From NCBI GenBank assembly GCA_976551045.1, contig CDPCPM010000005.1, positions 11,098,001 to 11,162,000 of the forward strand: a stretch of 64,000 nt of DNA, in the 5' to 3' direction. Below are positions 38,837 to 51,672 of the stretch, piece by piece. Made by a program: the position numbers and the translations under genes. The first letter of the stretch is position 1; each line of letters starts with the position of its first letter. Under the pieces are notes generated by a model. The model saw nothing but the letters and a program-made list of their open reading frames with translations, searched no databases and had not been told where the DNA came from. Source of the stretch: Glaucostegus cemiculus (taxonomy: Eukaryota).

Positions 38837-39685
38837 AATGGCGTCATGACAACAACCTTTCTCTCAATGTCAACAAAACTAAAGAGATGGTCATTGACTT
38901 CAGGAAAGGGGGTGGTGTACATGCACCTGTCTACATCAATGGTGCTGAGGTTGAGAGGGTTGACAGCTTCAAGTTCCTTGGAGTGAACATCACCAACAAC
39001 CTGTCCTGGTCAAATCACATAGATGCCATGTCCAAGAAAGCTCACCAGTGCCTATACTTCCTCAGGAGGCTAAAGAAATTTGGTTTGTCCCCTTTGACTC
39101 TCACCAACTTTTACTGATGCACTATAGAAAGCATCCTACTTGGATGTATCATGGCTTGGTACGGCAACTGCTCTGCCCAGGACCGCAAGAAGCTGCAGAG
39201 AGTTGTGGACACAGCCCAGCGCATCACAGACACCAGTCTCCTCTCCTTGGACTCCGTCTTTACCTCTCGTTGTCTTGGTGTAGCAGCCAGCATAATCAAA
39301 GACCCCACCCACCCAGGACATTCTCTCTCCTCTCCCCTTCCATCGGGTAGAAGATACAGGTGTCTGAGGCATGTACCACCAGACTTAAGGACAGCTTCTA
39401 CCCCCACTGTGATAAGACTATTGAATTGTTCCCTTATGCAATGAGATGGACTATGGCCTCACGATCTACCTTGTTGTGACCTTGCACCTTATTGCACTGC
39501 ACTTTCTCTGTAGCTGTGACACTTTACTCTATACTGTTATTGTTTTTTTACCTGTACTACATCAGTGCACTCCATACTAACTCAATGTAACTGCACTGTG
39601 TAATGAATTGACCTGTATGATTAGTTTGTAAGACAAGCTTTTCACTGTACCTCGGTACAAGTGATAATAAGAAACCAATACCAAT
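38837..39685 (+). mobile_element. Rex1/Babar-clade LINE, 5'-truncated, relatively young
   Basis: W.HDNNLSLNVNKTKEMVIDFRKG...VERVDSFKFLGVNITNNLSWSNH...KKAHQCLYFLRRLKKFG...AWYGNCSAQDRKKLQRVV...DPTHPGH...LPSGRRYR; 3' UTR ends in AATAAGAAACCAATACCAAT. Confidence 0.95.
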
Positions 39686-40470
39686 ATATCAAATTTTCAT
39701 TTTTTCAACACAATGCCCTAAATAAACACTGGACATCAGCAAACCATGTGTAACATCAGAGGTAACTTTTGATAGGTATTTTTGATAGGTTCATGAGCCT
39801 CAAAATAACTTTGATCCCTGATCCTTAGAAGCCTATTATTATAAAATTCTAATAAAGAACAATGCAGGAGTATTGGTTTTATGTTTGACAAATCCTGCAG
39901 ATTAATCAACAGTACAGATGGTATTTGAAACTTGACAAATTAGCTGGATTGCATGAAAATCCCATGAGTGCCCCCGTGGGGTTTAGTGTCAAATTCCTCA
40001 TGTACACTACAAACTTAAATTGAGCAAGACCAAAGCAAGCACACTTACCACCTTTGACATTTTAAATATTCTACCAAAATGAAGACTGTAGGTAGCTACA
40101 AGAGAATTGTGAAATTTATGGGTTCAATTAACATTGTTCCCCAACCTCTAAAACCAGATTATTGCTTTAACTCCCCTTCAACCTCACTACTAAAATAAAC
40201 ATGTGATTTTCATCTAAAAGTCCGATAAATTCCTATTTAATTAGAGCTGACCAACGCTCTTGCACAGTGGCTATATAATTGATGCTACTTGCTTTTATAG
40301 CAAAAAGCTGCTGAGAAATCACTTCATTTTTGACAGAGTACAGGGTAATGTTGAATCTGTTATGGTGGATTCTATAACATAAACAGCAATCCTGAATGCA
40401 GGAGTAGTGCAATTTGGGGGAAGGCATCAATCAAGAGAAATCATTTAATACACAGTGATGTTTTCTTCTC

Positions 40471-41000
40471 AACAAAACTTGCATTTATGTACTATTCTTA
40501 AAGTAAGGTGTCTCAAGATAATTCATGTTATCAATACATCTTGGCAAGGCAACCTTGGGAGGAAATGAAAAGCATGATGAACAGGTGGATTTTAAGAAAA
40601 AAATGATAGGTTCAGATGGCTGTTGTGAGGAAGAGGGGTTTAGGGAGGAAGCTCCAAGGCCAATGAGTACAGGAATGGGGGTGGGAAACATATTCTGGAC
40701 CAGAGCTAAGAGAGCAGCTGAAAGCAACAAGGGTGCGGAAGGACATGAAGACAAGGATGCACTGAGGATTGGAGTACCGATGGAATTCAGCAAGGTTGTG
40801 GAGCGAAACCTTATTAGGATTTACTGTGGGATAGAATGAGGGTCATGGGATATGGGTTAATTAGAGCTTCTGGAGACTCTAGCTCACCAGCCCAAAATAG
40901 TAGTGCAGGAAATTTACATCCAGACAAAGAGATAAGAACATAAAAAAATAAGAAATAGAAGCAAAAGTAGGTGGATTTGGAGCTTTCTGTGCCACGCAAC
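40471..41000 (-). mobile_element. L2 LINE 3' remnant
   Basis: Antisense L2 tail AACAAAACTTGCATTTATGTAC, then GGTGGATTTTAAG...GGTTTAGGGAGGAAGCTCCAAG, with purine skew. Confidence 0.5.
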
Positions 41001-41290
41001 AAGACCATCGCTGACCCATTACTTCAATAACACTTTACAGGTCTATCACTATACCCCTTGAATCCTCTAATATTCAGAAATCTATCAGTCTCAGCCTTGA
41101 ATACTTCTGTCTGCCAAACTAGAGAATTCCAATGATTCACACCCATTGAGTGAGGAAAATCCCCTTCATTGCAGCTCTACATAGCCCATCCATTATTGTG
41201 ACCCCTATTTCTAGAATCATCAGTCAAGGGAAATATTTTTCCTGTATGTAATCTTTCAAGCTTTCTAAGAATCTTGTCTGTTTCGATGAG
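41000..41290 (-). mobile_element. CR1 LINE 3' fragment
   Basis: AAATCTATCAGTCTCAGCCTTGAATAC...TAGAGAATTCCAATGATTCACACCCATTGAGTGAGGAAA. Confidence 0.75.
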
Positions 41291-41493
41291 GTTCTGCCAA
41301 CCCTCGTGTTTATCTCCCATTGCTTATGCAGAACGAGGTTTCAGTAGGGGTGGTGTAGTCAGAATGGATGAGTTAAAATTGCCCATTGTGCTATTGTAAT
41401 GGATGAGGAGTTTATAGTTCAGCCCAAGGTCCCACAGAATGTTAAGTATCATACTGTAGAACTGAGTCTAAATGGGTATCTAAGAAGAGGAAT

Positions 41494-41610
41494 TAAAACA
41501 ATAAAATGCAGGAAACACTCAACAGCCGAGATAGCATCAGTTAAGAGAGAATCAAAATTAACACTTTGTGTTGATGACCCCACATTGGAACTGGGAAAGT
41601 GAGAAAATAA
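41494..41610 (-). mobile_element. Penelope-like terminal fragment
   Basis: AAATGCAGGAAACACTCAACAGCCGAGATAGCATCAG...TTAACACTTTGTGTTGATGACCCCACATTGGAACTGG. Confidence 0.5.
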
Positions 41611-43533
41611 GGTATGAGATTCAGAACAAAAGAGCAGAATTTCATCTTCATCTTTGGAGCAACAATTTGCCTTTCCATGGCTGACCTGTTGTCATTACAA
41701 CATTGAAATCAAGCAATGAGATTTATGTTTGTTCTGTTGATCTGCTTTGCTGCTCAGGCACTGAAGACAGAAATCTACTCTAGAGACTTCTTTTTTTCTG
41801 CAGCAGGACGATTAAATTTTACGGCACCAAAGTCTCGAAATTAGGGATTGTGAGGAACTGGAGCCGTATCTCTATTATTTTAAATAAGGAAAAAAGGCAA
41901 TGATATGATTAAAGAGATTGCAGGTTGTTAACCTGTACAGTTCAGAGCTATACTTTAAATATTCTATCACATTTTGTGTATGATTTTGGACCCAGAATTC
42001 ATTAGTATCTTAGTTTTGAACTCTACAAAATAAGATTTTGTGAACAATCTGCTACATTTATTGAAATAAATTAATGATGTAAATCTTCACAGCAAATAAA
42101 TGCAGTTTCTGGTTTTCCTTTCAGTAATCTCCACTATATAAATGACATTTTGTTTCTGACAGAAGAATGTCTCACATAGACTGGATGCTGCAGGAATCAC
42201 CACCTACTTTACTGCCTAAACAAGAACAGACTCATTTCAGCCAAAGGATGAAAACAGACAGTAAATGTGTGCAATGATAACAAGACCACCTGATATGAAA
42301 ATATGGATTTGGTTCACAGTTCTGATGCTAATTGTCGATTACTGTAACTCGAGCTTGTGTGCTCGGCTAGCCCTCATGTTGCCCTGCCATTCCTCGTCCA
42401 TAATGAGGCAAACCCAAAGTAAGACACATGTGGCTAAACACTCCCCATCTTCCAGTAAGCCTTGTGATAGAGAGTAGCAGCACACTACTTCATTTTTCAG
42501 GTGAAATCCCAAGAGACTTCTGGAATAAATATTTCTTGAAAATTGGCAGAATCTTGACAAAGCATCCAGAAATTCTCCTTATGCATTTCACAGGCCTTAT
42601 TGCAAACCCAGGAGCAAGGAGCCAGAAATGATGAGCATTGCTTTAAGTGGTGAATACCCTTTTGGGTACCACCTGAAATCTATATGTTTATTCCCAAATG
42701 GCTAGTCACAATGAGGAGAGGGTGTTAATTGAAGAGCTGCCCAATAAAATGCTTTTAAATGAGTGTCAGTAAGCATTTTAAGCGGCAATCAATTGTTTAA
42801 CAAGCCTCTGGGTATCTGTTTCTGGTGTTGGCTTCAGCACTTTGATATTCTGTGTACAGTCTAGTCTAACCAGCTTTACCTCTGAAGATGCCATTATGGC
42901 CACCTCTTCACCTCTTTCAAAGCTCTGACAAATGCATTGTCTACATATTAAAAGCCACTCACTGCCTCATGACATTAAAATGATCATGCTATGGGGACCC
43001 TGACGCAGAATGTTATTTTATTCATGTTGTCTGCTAAATCCCAGAGTGTCTCAGGTAGGTGCAAAGGAATCGTGGAACAGTGGAACTCACAAAGAGCCCA
43101 AGACATGAGTAATCAGTGTGCCTGCTGGGCCAGACCTCTGCAAATATCACATGTGAAACCTTACAAAATATTTTCCCCTGTGTCTCCCAGTAGTGTTCTC
43201 TAAAGGAGGTAATGAACACACAAACTGAAAACAAGTTTTTGCATCCCAACTGTAACCCGTTAAAGGAGGAAGTGGGGAATTCAGACCTGCCAGATCTCCA
43301 AGTCATCAGTCTACCAATAAGGCCTATGACTGCAGCTCTGTGGAGCCTCTGGATAAATTGTATTTTCTAAGGGTTAATTAAGTTGTCTTCAGCGGCTGGG
43401 CGAGAGGGAGCAAGCTGGCACTTACAGCATTTTCTGAAGTCAACTGTCGACATTATAGTCCCTGCTGCTTTTAGCTGTATCGATCGAATGCCTGACCTGT
43501 GAAATCCTTGATGGCTGCTAACACTAGAAGCTT

Positions 43534-44462
43534 ACTGGAGCTTTCCAGGGGAGCTCTGAGTGGCTTATGCTATGCAGTACAATTACTTGTCCCACCAGGA
43601 TAGCCAATTAAGTCACAAAAGCTGGGTCAGAATAATTTTGGGGTGTGGCTTCAATTAAAGTGTCTTCTCGTTTATTAATATCTCCTTCTCTGAGCATTTC
43701 AAGTGTTAACAAAGGCCTAGGCAAACTGCTTGGCCTGTTAATATTAGAACAGGGCTTCATTTTGCTGGTATATTGATTTACAATGGGTAAATAAAATTAT
43801 TCAGAATTACAGCTTAAGTATGCTGGCTTTGAGGCTACTAAATTCATAACCTCCCTGCTCCTAACCCCGCTGTTGGCTGCCCACAATATATTTGTCCTGG
43901 ATTATAATGTGCTTGATTTTCTCCGTGGGCTCCATTTGTGTTTATGGCATTGTCTATTTCTCAAACAAAAATTATAGTGAGCAAGCACTATGCCTTGTTT
44001 TCTCTGCTACTGGGGGCTCTGTGGTATTGAACTTTCTCACTAATTCTCTCACTTACCACTGTAATTCAGTGAAAGCAATGAGAACCCTGAAAAACTGGCA
44101 AACCCCTGTTGAGATTTGACCTTTGCATTTAGGATGATGTTTCAGTATTAGTGCCAAGGTACCACTTCATCATCTTTAGTGGTCTCTCAGCTTCCACCCC
44201 AAGTTTTCCCTTTTGCAACATTATTCAACTTTAGGAGTAAGAGTACAGTTTGCTGAACTGGAGCTTTCCATGAGAGCCCTGAGTAGCTTGTGCTATGCAG
44301 CACAATTACTTGTCCTACCAGGATAGCCAATTAAATCACAGAAGCCAGGTCAGAATAATTCTGGGGTGTGGCTTCAATTAAAGTGTCTTCTCTTTTGTTA
44401 ATATCTCTTTCTCTGAGTATTTCAAGTGTCAGGAAGAATTAACAAAGGCCTAGGCAAACTGC
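43534..44462 (+). repeat. Spaced direct repeat: copies at 43534-43729 and 44257-44462
   Basis: Manual alignment gives ~16 substitutions, mostly transitions, plus a 10-bp indel (CAGGAAGAAT) over ~196 bp. Confidence 0.95.
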
Positions 44463-44634
44463 AAAAGGCAAACTTTTAATTTACGCAAAGTATTATGTCA
44501 ATATTCTAATAACAATTTTACTTCAATCCTTTGTTGAATACAGTTAGATAATGACTAGGTAAATCCAAAGTTTCTGGGACACCATAACTTTTCCAACCAG
44601 GACACTTGCTGTAAATGTAAAGGGCAATGCTAAT

Positions 44635-45065
44635 TCAGCACTGGGACGACTGTGTAGAGTTGGGTCTTCTTATTTAAGAACTAGTACACTTAGGGGCAGT
44701 TCAAAGGTGGCTCACTAGGATGATTCTTGGTAAAAAGGTGTTGTTTTATGCAGAAAGGTTGAGCATATTGGGACTAGACGGATGTTCAGAAGAATGATAA
44801 GTGATCTTATTGATTCTGAGGAGACTTGACAAGGTAAATGCTGAGAGAAAACTTCCTCTCATGGGGAATATGAACTAGAGGGCATAGATTCAAATAAGTG
44901 GCCAGCTATCTCAGATGGAGGTGAGAAGGAATTTCTTCACTCATGGAGTCATGAATCTTTGGAATGCTCTATCCCAGAGAGCTTTGGAGGCTCATGTAGA
45001 TCTTTGGGAGTTAAGGGTTTCAGGGAACAGGTTGGAAAGTGGAACTGAGGTCAGGATGTCAGGCA
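44635..45065 (+). mobile_element. CR1 LINE 3' fragment
   Basis: ACTGTGTAGAGTTGGGTCTTCTTATTTAAG...AGAAGAATGATAAGTGATCTTATTGA; ORF 44915 reads EVRRNFFTHGVMNLWNALSQRA. Confidence 0.85.
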
Positions 45066-45249
45066 AGGCTCACAGGCTCTTACCACTGGATCTAGTCCTG
45101 CTCAGTAGTTGGTTTCAATATCCTGATGCAGTGAAGGGAGATCAGACAGGGTCTCTGTTCCTGACTGCCTTCCCTTAACCTCTGCCACTGAACCCTGATC
45201 TATAAATTCAGACAACATCAACAGCCATTTGGAATTCAAATGTGTAAAA

Positions 45250-45726
45250 ACGCAAGAAGCTGCAGACAACAGTGGACTCAGCCCAATGCATCAAAGGCAT
45301 ATTCCTCCCAACCATCTGTAGTACCTACATAGAAGACTATCATCAAAGATCCCTATCATCTGGGCCATACCATCTTCTACAGCTACCATCAGGCAGAAGG
45401 CACAGAAGCCTGAAGTCCCACACCACCAGGTTCAAGGACAGCTACTTCCCTTCAACCCTTTGGATTTTGAACCAAACTGCACAACCCTAATCACTACCTC
45501 GATATAGCAACACTATGACCACTTTGCACTACAATGGACTTTGATTTTTTTTTTGTTCTAATTGTGTTCTTTTGTAAAAATTGTGTATAATAATTTATGA
45601 TTAAATTATGTTTTACTTGTGAATAATGTGTATCTAATGCTATGTGCCTGTGATGCTACTGCAAGTAAGGTCTTCATTATACCAGTATATACACATACTT
45701 GTGCATATGACAATAAACTTGACTTT
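45250..45726 (+). mobile_element. Rex1/Babar LINE 3' fragment, second subfamily
   Basis: RKKLQTTVDSAQCI...LPSGRRHRSLKSHTTRFKDSYFP; tail GTGCATATGACAATAAACTTGACTT. Confidence 0.85.
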
Positions 45727-46187
45727 TTGGTGACCAACTTGGTTGGTGACCAAGAGTGATAGCCCTATCTGGGGCATTGCCTCCAAGAAAAGAAAAAAAA
45801 AAGAAACTGATGTTAAGTAAAAGGTAAGTTGATTTTGAAATAATTTCACCACGTGTTATTTCCACCAGCAGGGAAGGAAAAACTTTTTTTAAATCTTCCC
45901 ATGGCATATGAAACTGTTTCTGTCTGGGCGCATTCATGTAAAACCTGCAGAGTGATGCATAAGCACAGCAAAATCTCATTTGATTCAGATTTTGAATGTT
46001 AATTTAACTAAAACTGCATTCTGCAATAAAAGAATCAATTGTACACAGCTTGGAGCGTGGTCTGCATTTTGCATCACTGCTATTGCTAACAGGCAGAATC
46101 AAACTATTCAGCTTAGGGCTCTGTCACAGTGGAGGAGCACTGGAGCAACACACACACAGAGGAAAGTTTCTAATTATATTTCACCCA

Positions 46188-46615
46188 CAGCTCAGTCTTA
46201 CCGTTGTCACCTAGGAGTCAGCAGGTTGTGGGTTGAAGCCACACTCTAGATATTTGGAAGAAGAAATTCATCCTAGGTAATAGTGCAAAATGGGTAATAG
46301 CAAATCAGAAACTCATTTTACAGTCCTTTGAGTTTTCCTAACATCAGGCAGAGAGCAACATGGGCTGTCCAATCATTGTTAGCATTTTGCATTACTGCAC
46401 AAGTTGAATTTCCATATTTTGTTTTAATAAATTTTATATTTTTTTATAAATTTTATTTACAGCGTGGTAACAGGTCCTTTCGGCCCAACAAGTCCGCGCC
46501 GCCCAGTTTTAAACCCCCAAATTAAGCTACCCATACGTCTTTCAGATTTTGAGTACATAATCCAGGCTGATACTTTAGTGCTGTATCGACAGTCCTGCAC
46601 TGTCGAGATGTGTTG
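46188..46615 (+). mobile_element. DeuSINE-like head split by a ~290-bp insert
   Basis: GGAGTCAGCAGGTTGTGGGTTGAAGCCACACTCTAGA (46214-46250) resumes as TTGAGTACATAATCCAGGCTGATACT...CTGCACTGTCGAG (46549-46607). Confidence 0.5.
46441..46544 (-). mobile_element. Young SINE 3' end with a CR1-type tail
   Basis: Antisense TTTATTTACAGCGTGGTAACAGGTCCTTTCGGCCCAAC...TACCCATACGTCTTT; CpGs retained. Confidence 0.75.
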
Positions 46616-49600
46616 CCGTGAGTTTGGTACCAGGTGTGAGATCTATGACTTTAAACATTATTTTCCTCAGAAGGCTGTGATGGTACACTGCAGGCAGGGG
46701 TCAGTTTCATCGCTAACATTTACTTTTGCCATGAGGTTACGCCTGATGTGGCAAGCGGTCCTTTGAGGTAGGGGCTGGCTGGTGGAGGACCTTTATCTTC
46801 CAGATGTTTAGTGTGAGGTCCTGCCTCTCATATACTTCAGGCTTTGTGGAGGACAGAAGATGCTTCAAAAGCATTCTCATTAGACCTTTGAAAAATGTAA
46901 CATTCTCATTGACTCATAGGGTTTCTGACCAATTAAACCAGAGGAGAAGCATCACGGTAGGCACTGAGCACCTCAAGTCATTTTATCAGGAGATCTGAGA
47001 GTTATTGGATAAACAGCAGAAGTAAATGTGCAACATTTGACCCACCATCCAAATAGATCACCGCCTGCCCCACCTCTGGAAGAGTCTGTCAGTCCCACAC
47101 AAGAACCTCCAGCTGCTTTGGAACCCACAGAAGCAGGACTGAAGCAAGACAACTCTATGGGACTGGTGAAGAAGATGACAATAAATTCTACTGGAACTAT
47201 TCAAAGAAGAGCATCAAACTTCTGGCTGTGTACATCTGGTCAATGTGAAGCAATGGAACATTAGTATAATGGTGCATAATTTGGTGCATGGAGTATTAAA
47301 ATAAAATTATGCAATGTTAGAATGAAAAGCTACACAGTGGTATGAAAGTAGGGAAGATTTATGGAAGCTTCATCTACAGGCACAAAGCAGTATCTGGTTG
47401 TTATTCTGAATGTATGGACACTATTATTCCCATTATTCCTGAGGAGTGACCCACTAGGACATTGACATAAAGGCAGGGAGCATGAAATGAATGCTTTAAT
47501 TTGAAGCAGTGTTTTTGGATTAACTGAGCTTGCCAGGAAATATTAGATTTTTTTTTTCAAATTTTAAGTCCCTGTAAGTAATTCCAGACAGAAAATAAGC
47601 TATTGTAAAAATTGAACTAGGTGCCAAGCTGGAAACAGCCTAAACTTAGCAGTTCCCCAAATGTTCTTTTGCTCAGAAAGAATGCCTGTGAGAGAAGTTG
47701 ATGGTGAATAATTTGAGAGTGGGTCTGGGAGAACTAAATGACAAGTTGTGACTGCACATTGAAGGTAAGGAGATGGACACTCACAGTCTGGATAGAGCTT
47801 TGAGGCTTCTGCCTGTAGAGCCTTCATTACTGTGTAGGTGTTTTGTTAAAAATAATAAAGACATCATTAGAATGCAAAATGAAATTAGGTGTTTAAAAAT
47901 ATTTGTTCAGGTGCTTTTTTGCATTCAGGACAGCAAGCAAGCACCACCAAAAATTAATCTCAAGCATCACTACTACCAATTTTATCATAAATTATCTTGA
48001 AAAGGTTTTCTACAGAGTAGATGCTTAATTACAATCTAATTTGAATAATTTAGCATATTAATTAGTTTTGGAATGAAAATCATTTTTACATTTTTTAACT
48101 TCAACTCAGAAACACATTGAGATAATCGCACTCCTTTTTAAAATGCATGTGATCTTATTACTAAAGGAAGCGCAGTGAAGCTTTTTTTCCTGCACGGCCG
48201 TGTTTTTAATTGATTAATGGGTGAGCATCTTTGACATTAATAAAGTATAACTAAATTACAGACAACTTCATTATTCTGCTGCATGGCCACATGTCTCTTG
48301 GCAGCCAGTAAAACAAAATGCAAAATAAAGGATGAGATAAAAGGACTGCTCAGAGCATTGATGTGTTTCTAGCTTGTTTTATATGAATGTCTAAATACTT
48401 TTGGATGCATTTGCAATCATCTTTAGACCAGATACAAATACATATCTTTAGGGAAGAGTGCAAAAACCTGACCGATTATGACCAATTCAATTAACTGAAT
48501 CAGTCTTGAAGCATGTATTTCACTGTGTTAGAAAAACTGCTCATCTCAGTGTCAACACAATATTGTTGCAGGGGGAGCAATTACACTGTGAAAAATCTGG
48601 GACATTAGATTATAAGGAATTACTGTTCAAAATAACAAAACATTTAGACAGTGCTCATATAATGGTGACTTTTCAGATAGTTTTAAATACATCTCTGAGC
48701 AGACAGATTGATGGCTGATGTGACATGTTGTTCAATCCAAATTATTAAGCAGAAAATAATTGAAACTACCTTATTTTTTTGAAGGCAGAGCCACTCCCAG
48801 CTACAACTTAATCAAGTAAGATTAAAATTGAATTTTTCTTCAGGTAATGAAAGCACGTATATTTGCAGCAGCTCCTGGCAGTGAGCAAAAATACAAGGAC
48901 TGGTGTCATTGAAATCACCACTGTGACAAAATAATAAACCTGTGTGGACAAAGTAACCTTGTAGAACAGATCTGTGAGAGACTGCATGGTCTACATGGTC
49001 ACCAACATGAATAAATCAAAATATTGCTATTATTTTGTTTTGATCATTATGGAATAAATATGAAATAAGCAGAAATAAAGAACAAGTTTATGACTACCTT
49101 TGTAGAATTTTAGATGCTGTAGCTTACATCAATAATTCCCAAGCACAGTGTACTGGGAATTCCCCACCTCCTCTCCAAGTAAATGCAACTATCTCCAGTA
49201 TTCCTGGGCAAGCTCCCATCCCTGGAGAAACCAGGCCTGTGCCTGTTTCATTTTTGAAATCAGTCAGGATCAGGAGATTAGAAGATTAGTACCAATGGAC
49301 TTCCAAGCTGGTGGACGCAGCAAGAAAAAGAAATGCAAATATAACAATGATTTACAAGTATTCATTGAGCATGCTAAATGTCCCAAGGTCCTTCCCATAA
49401 TAAAGAGGAGACATCAAGCAAGAGAATAGAAGTAAGGAGCAAGTAGAGAAAGGAACATGGGATCTTGGGCACAGTCCAAAATGTTGATTTTTAGGAGTCT
49501 TCTAAAAGTAGGGAGGTACTTCTTGAGCATAGGATAAGACAAAATGCATTAAAAACATAAGACTGTGAATTGCCAGTAACTATGGCTCACTAACAATGGG

Positions 49601-51438
49601 ATTTTTTTTGGGGAGGGGGTGACCTACAATGTAAGTTACTATTCATAATGATAAAAATGATGTTGGGAGGAAGACCATTGTGAAAGATTTGCATCAGCAC
49701 TGACATACAAAGCAAACTTTTAAAATTTCCGTTGTTACAGTAAACCTGATTTTTTTTTCGTTTTCCTTTTCAAAAATAAAACAACAATGTTATGGAGAAT
49801 CCTTCCTGCCCTGTACCATCCCCTCCACCACCAAAAGACATTACGTTCTGCAATATTGCATGAATTCACCTCTGTAAACCCAACTGACATTTGCAATGAT
49901 ACTACTGTAACTAGCAATTATTTTGCACCTGTCCCATCTCTAATACAACAGTACATCCATCTTCGCTTCTGCTGTGTCTATGGGTCAGGTTCCTAGTGCT
50001 GTCCTATATAAAAGGCATGTTAACTTCTGAGTCCACAGTTACTAGTGCAGTAGTTTAACAAGGTTTTGCTGTAGCAATTGGAACAAACAGTTGCTCTGCT
50101 GAACTTTGCCCCTCACACCTGTATGTAGAGGGCTTTTTTGCTATATTTATCTCCTGTTATTTTCTGACCCCTCCCTGACAGCAATAACCTTTAGACCTGC
50201 ACCTCTTTCCCATTTACCATGTGACACACAGTTCAGCTGTTACTGCCTCAGCGGCCTATCCTGAGGACCTCAAAAAGCTGGAACACTCAGCTTAACAATG
50301 ACACTGAAGGCAAGGGTTAGGTAACACATGATAATTGAACCTCTGTTTCCTTTCTGTATTTGGTTCTCACATCACCCATACAATCTTCAGAGGCATTTAT
50401 ATTAGGAAGCTCAGGAACAAAGCTAAAATTCACTTCTGTACGGTGCCATAGATTGTCAAAATTTAAAAGTCACAAGAATAAAATAATGAAACATTAATAT
50501 ACATTAACAGCATTCTCATATTTATCAATGTAATAATTATAAAATAATAATGATAAATTAGTAATCAGAAATCAGCAACATATAAATTAATAAATTGAAG
50601 CTGTTTATAACTCACCCAATTTCCTCAATTATGTTATTTGCTTAACATCTGCCTAACAGGCATGAATGGCCTTTTTTTAAGGACAGTCAAATTTACTGTT
50701 TAAATAGTTAATGTCACGTAGGATTTCTTTTAATTTACAATAGAGTAAACTCTTCAGGCTATTAGAGTTAACCGGCACAATGAACATATTTTTAAATGGC
50801 TTATGTTATATAAAGATACATTTATACAAATGCTTTCGTGGAAAGACAGCCTTTAACACTATGTCCAATCAAACATAAAGTGGAAGGGCCTGATACAGGG
50901 GATTCACAGCAAGTGCTTCACTCGTGTCTTATTTTTGGCAGTTGGAAACAATCATAATGGTTTACCAGCATCATAACAAACTCACATCATTATAGAATTA
51001 TAATAGAAATAAGAAAGCCTACTGCACATCTATTGCCTATTTAGAATCAAGACCAGACCCAATTCTACATTAAAATCAAGCCATCTTGACTAATTCCCCA
51101 AGAGACTGAAACATGGTTCAATTTAGATGTAGTTGTTTCTTAAATAAATATATTAACGGAAGGAATGGAACTGAAAAGATGTCTGGAGAAAGAGAATATG
51201 CAGGGTTCATTATCACTTTTCACCACAACTGTGGCAAGAGATAAAAGAGTCTTCAGCCAGTTGATTGACACCCTGAACATCATGTAATTCTTTTAAGTAG
51301 TTGCTGAATTTTTGCTTATTAAAGTACTAGATAGTTAGGGAATGAGGACATCTAATACTCCAACAGGTGAGGAGTAGATACCTATATCACATCTAAATTT
51401 TACAGTCATTCAATTTGTGCAGAATGGTAGGGGGCCAA

Positions 51439-51672
51439 CCACTGTCTGTAAGGAGTTTGTACGTTCTCCCCGTGTCTGAGTGGGTTTCCTTCGGGGGCTC
51501 CGGTTTCCTCCCACATTCCAAAGACGTACAGGTTAGGAAGTTGTGGGTATGCTACGTTGGCGCCAGAAGCGTGGTGACACTTGCCGACTGCCTCCGGAAC
51601 ACTCTACACAAAAGATGTATTTCCCTGTGTGTTTCTATGTACATGTCACTAATAAAGATCTTATCTTATCTA
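51439..51672 (+). mobile_element. 5'-truncated V-SINE with a Rex1-like 3' tail
   Basis: V domain CTGTCTGTAAGGAGTTTGTACGTTCTCCCCGTG...GGTTTCCTCCCACATTCCAAAGACG; tail GTACATGTCACTAATAAAGATCTTATCTTATCT. Confidence 0.8.

Noticed and set aside
47028-47264. Pro/Glu-rich ORF (SPPAPPLEESVSPTQEPPAALE)
   Set aside because: It looks protein-like but has no flanking splice sites or recognisable family; possibly a decayed retroelement ORF1 that I cannot assign.
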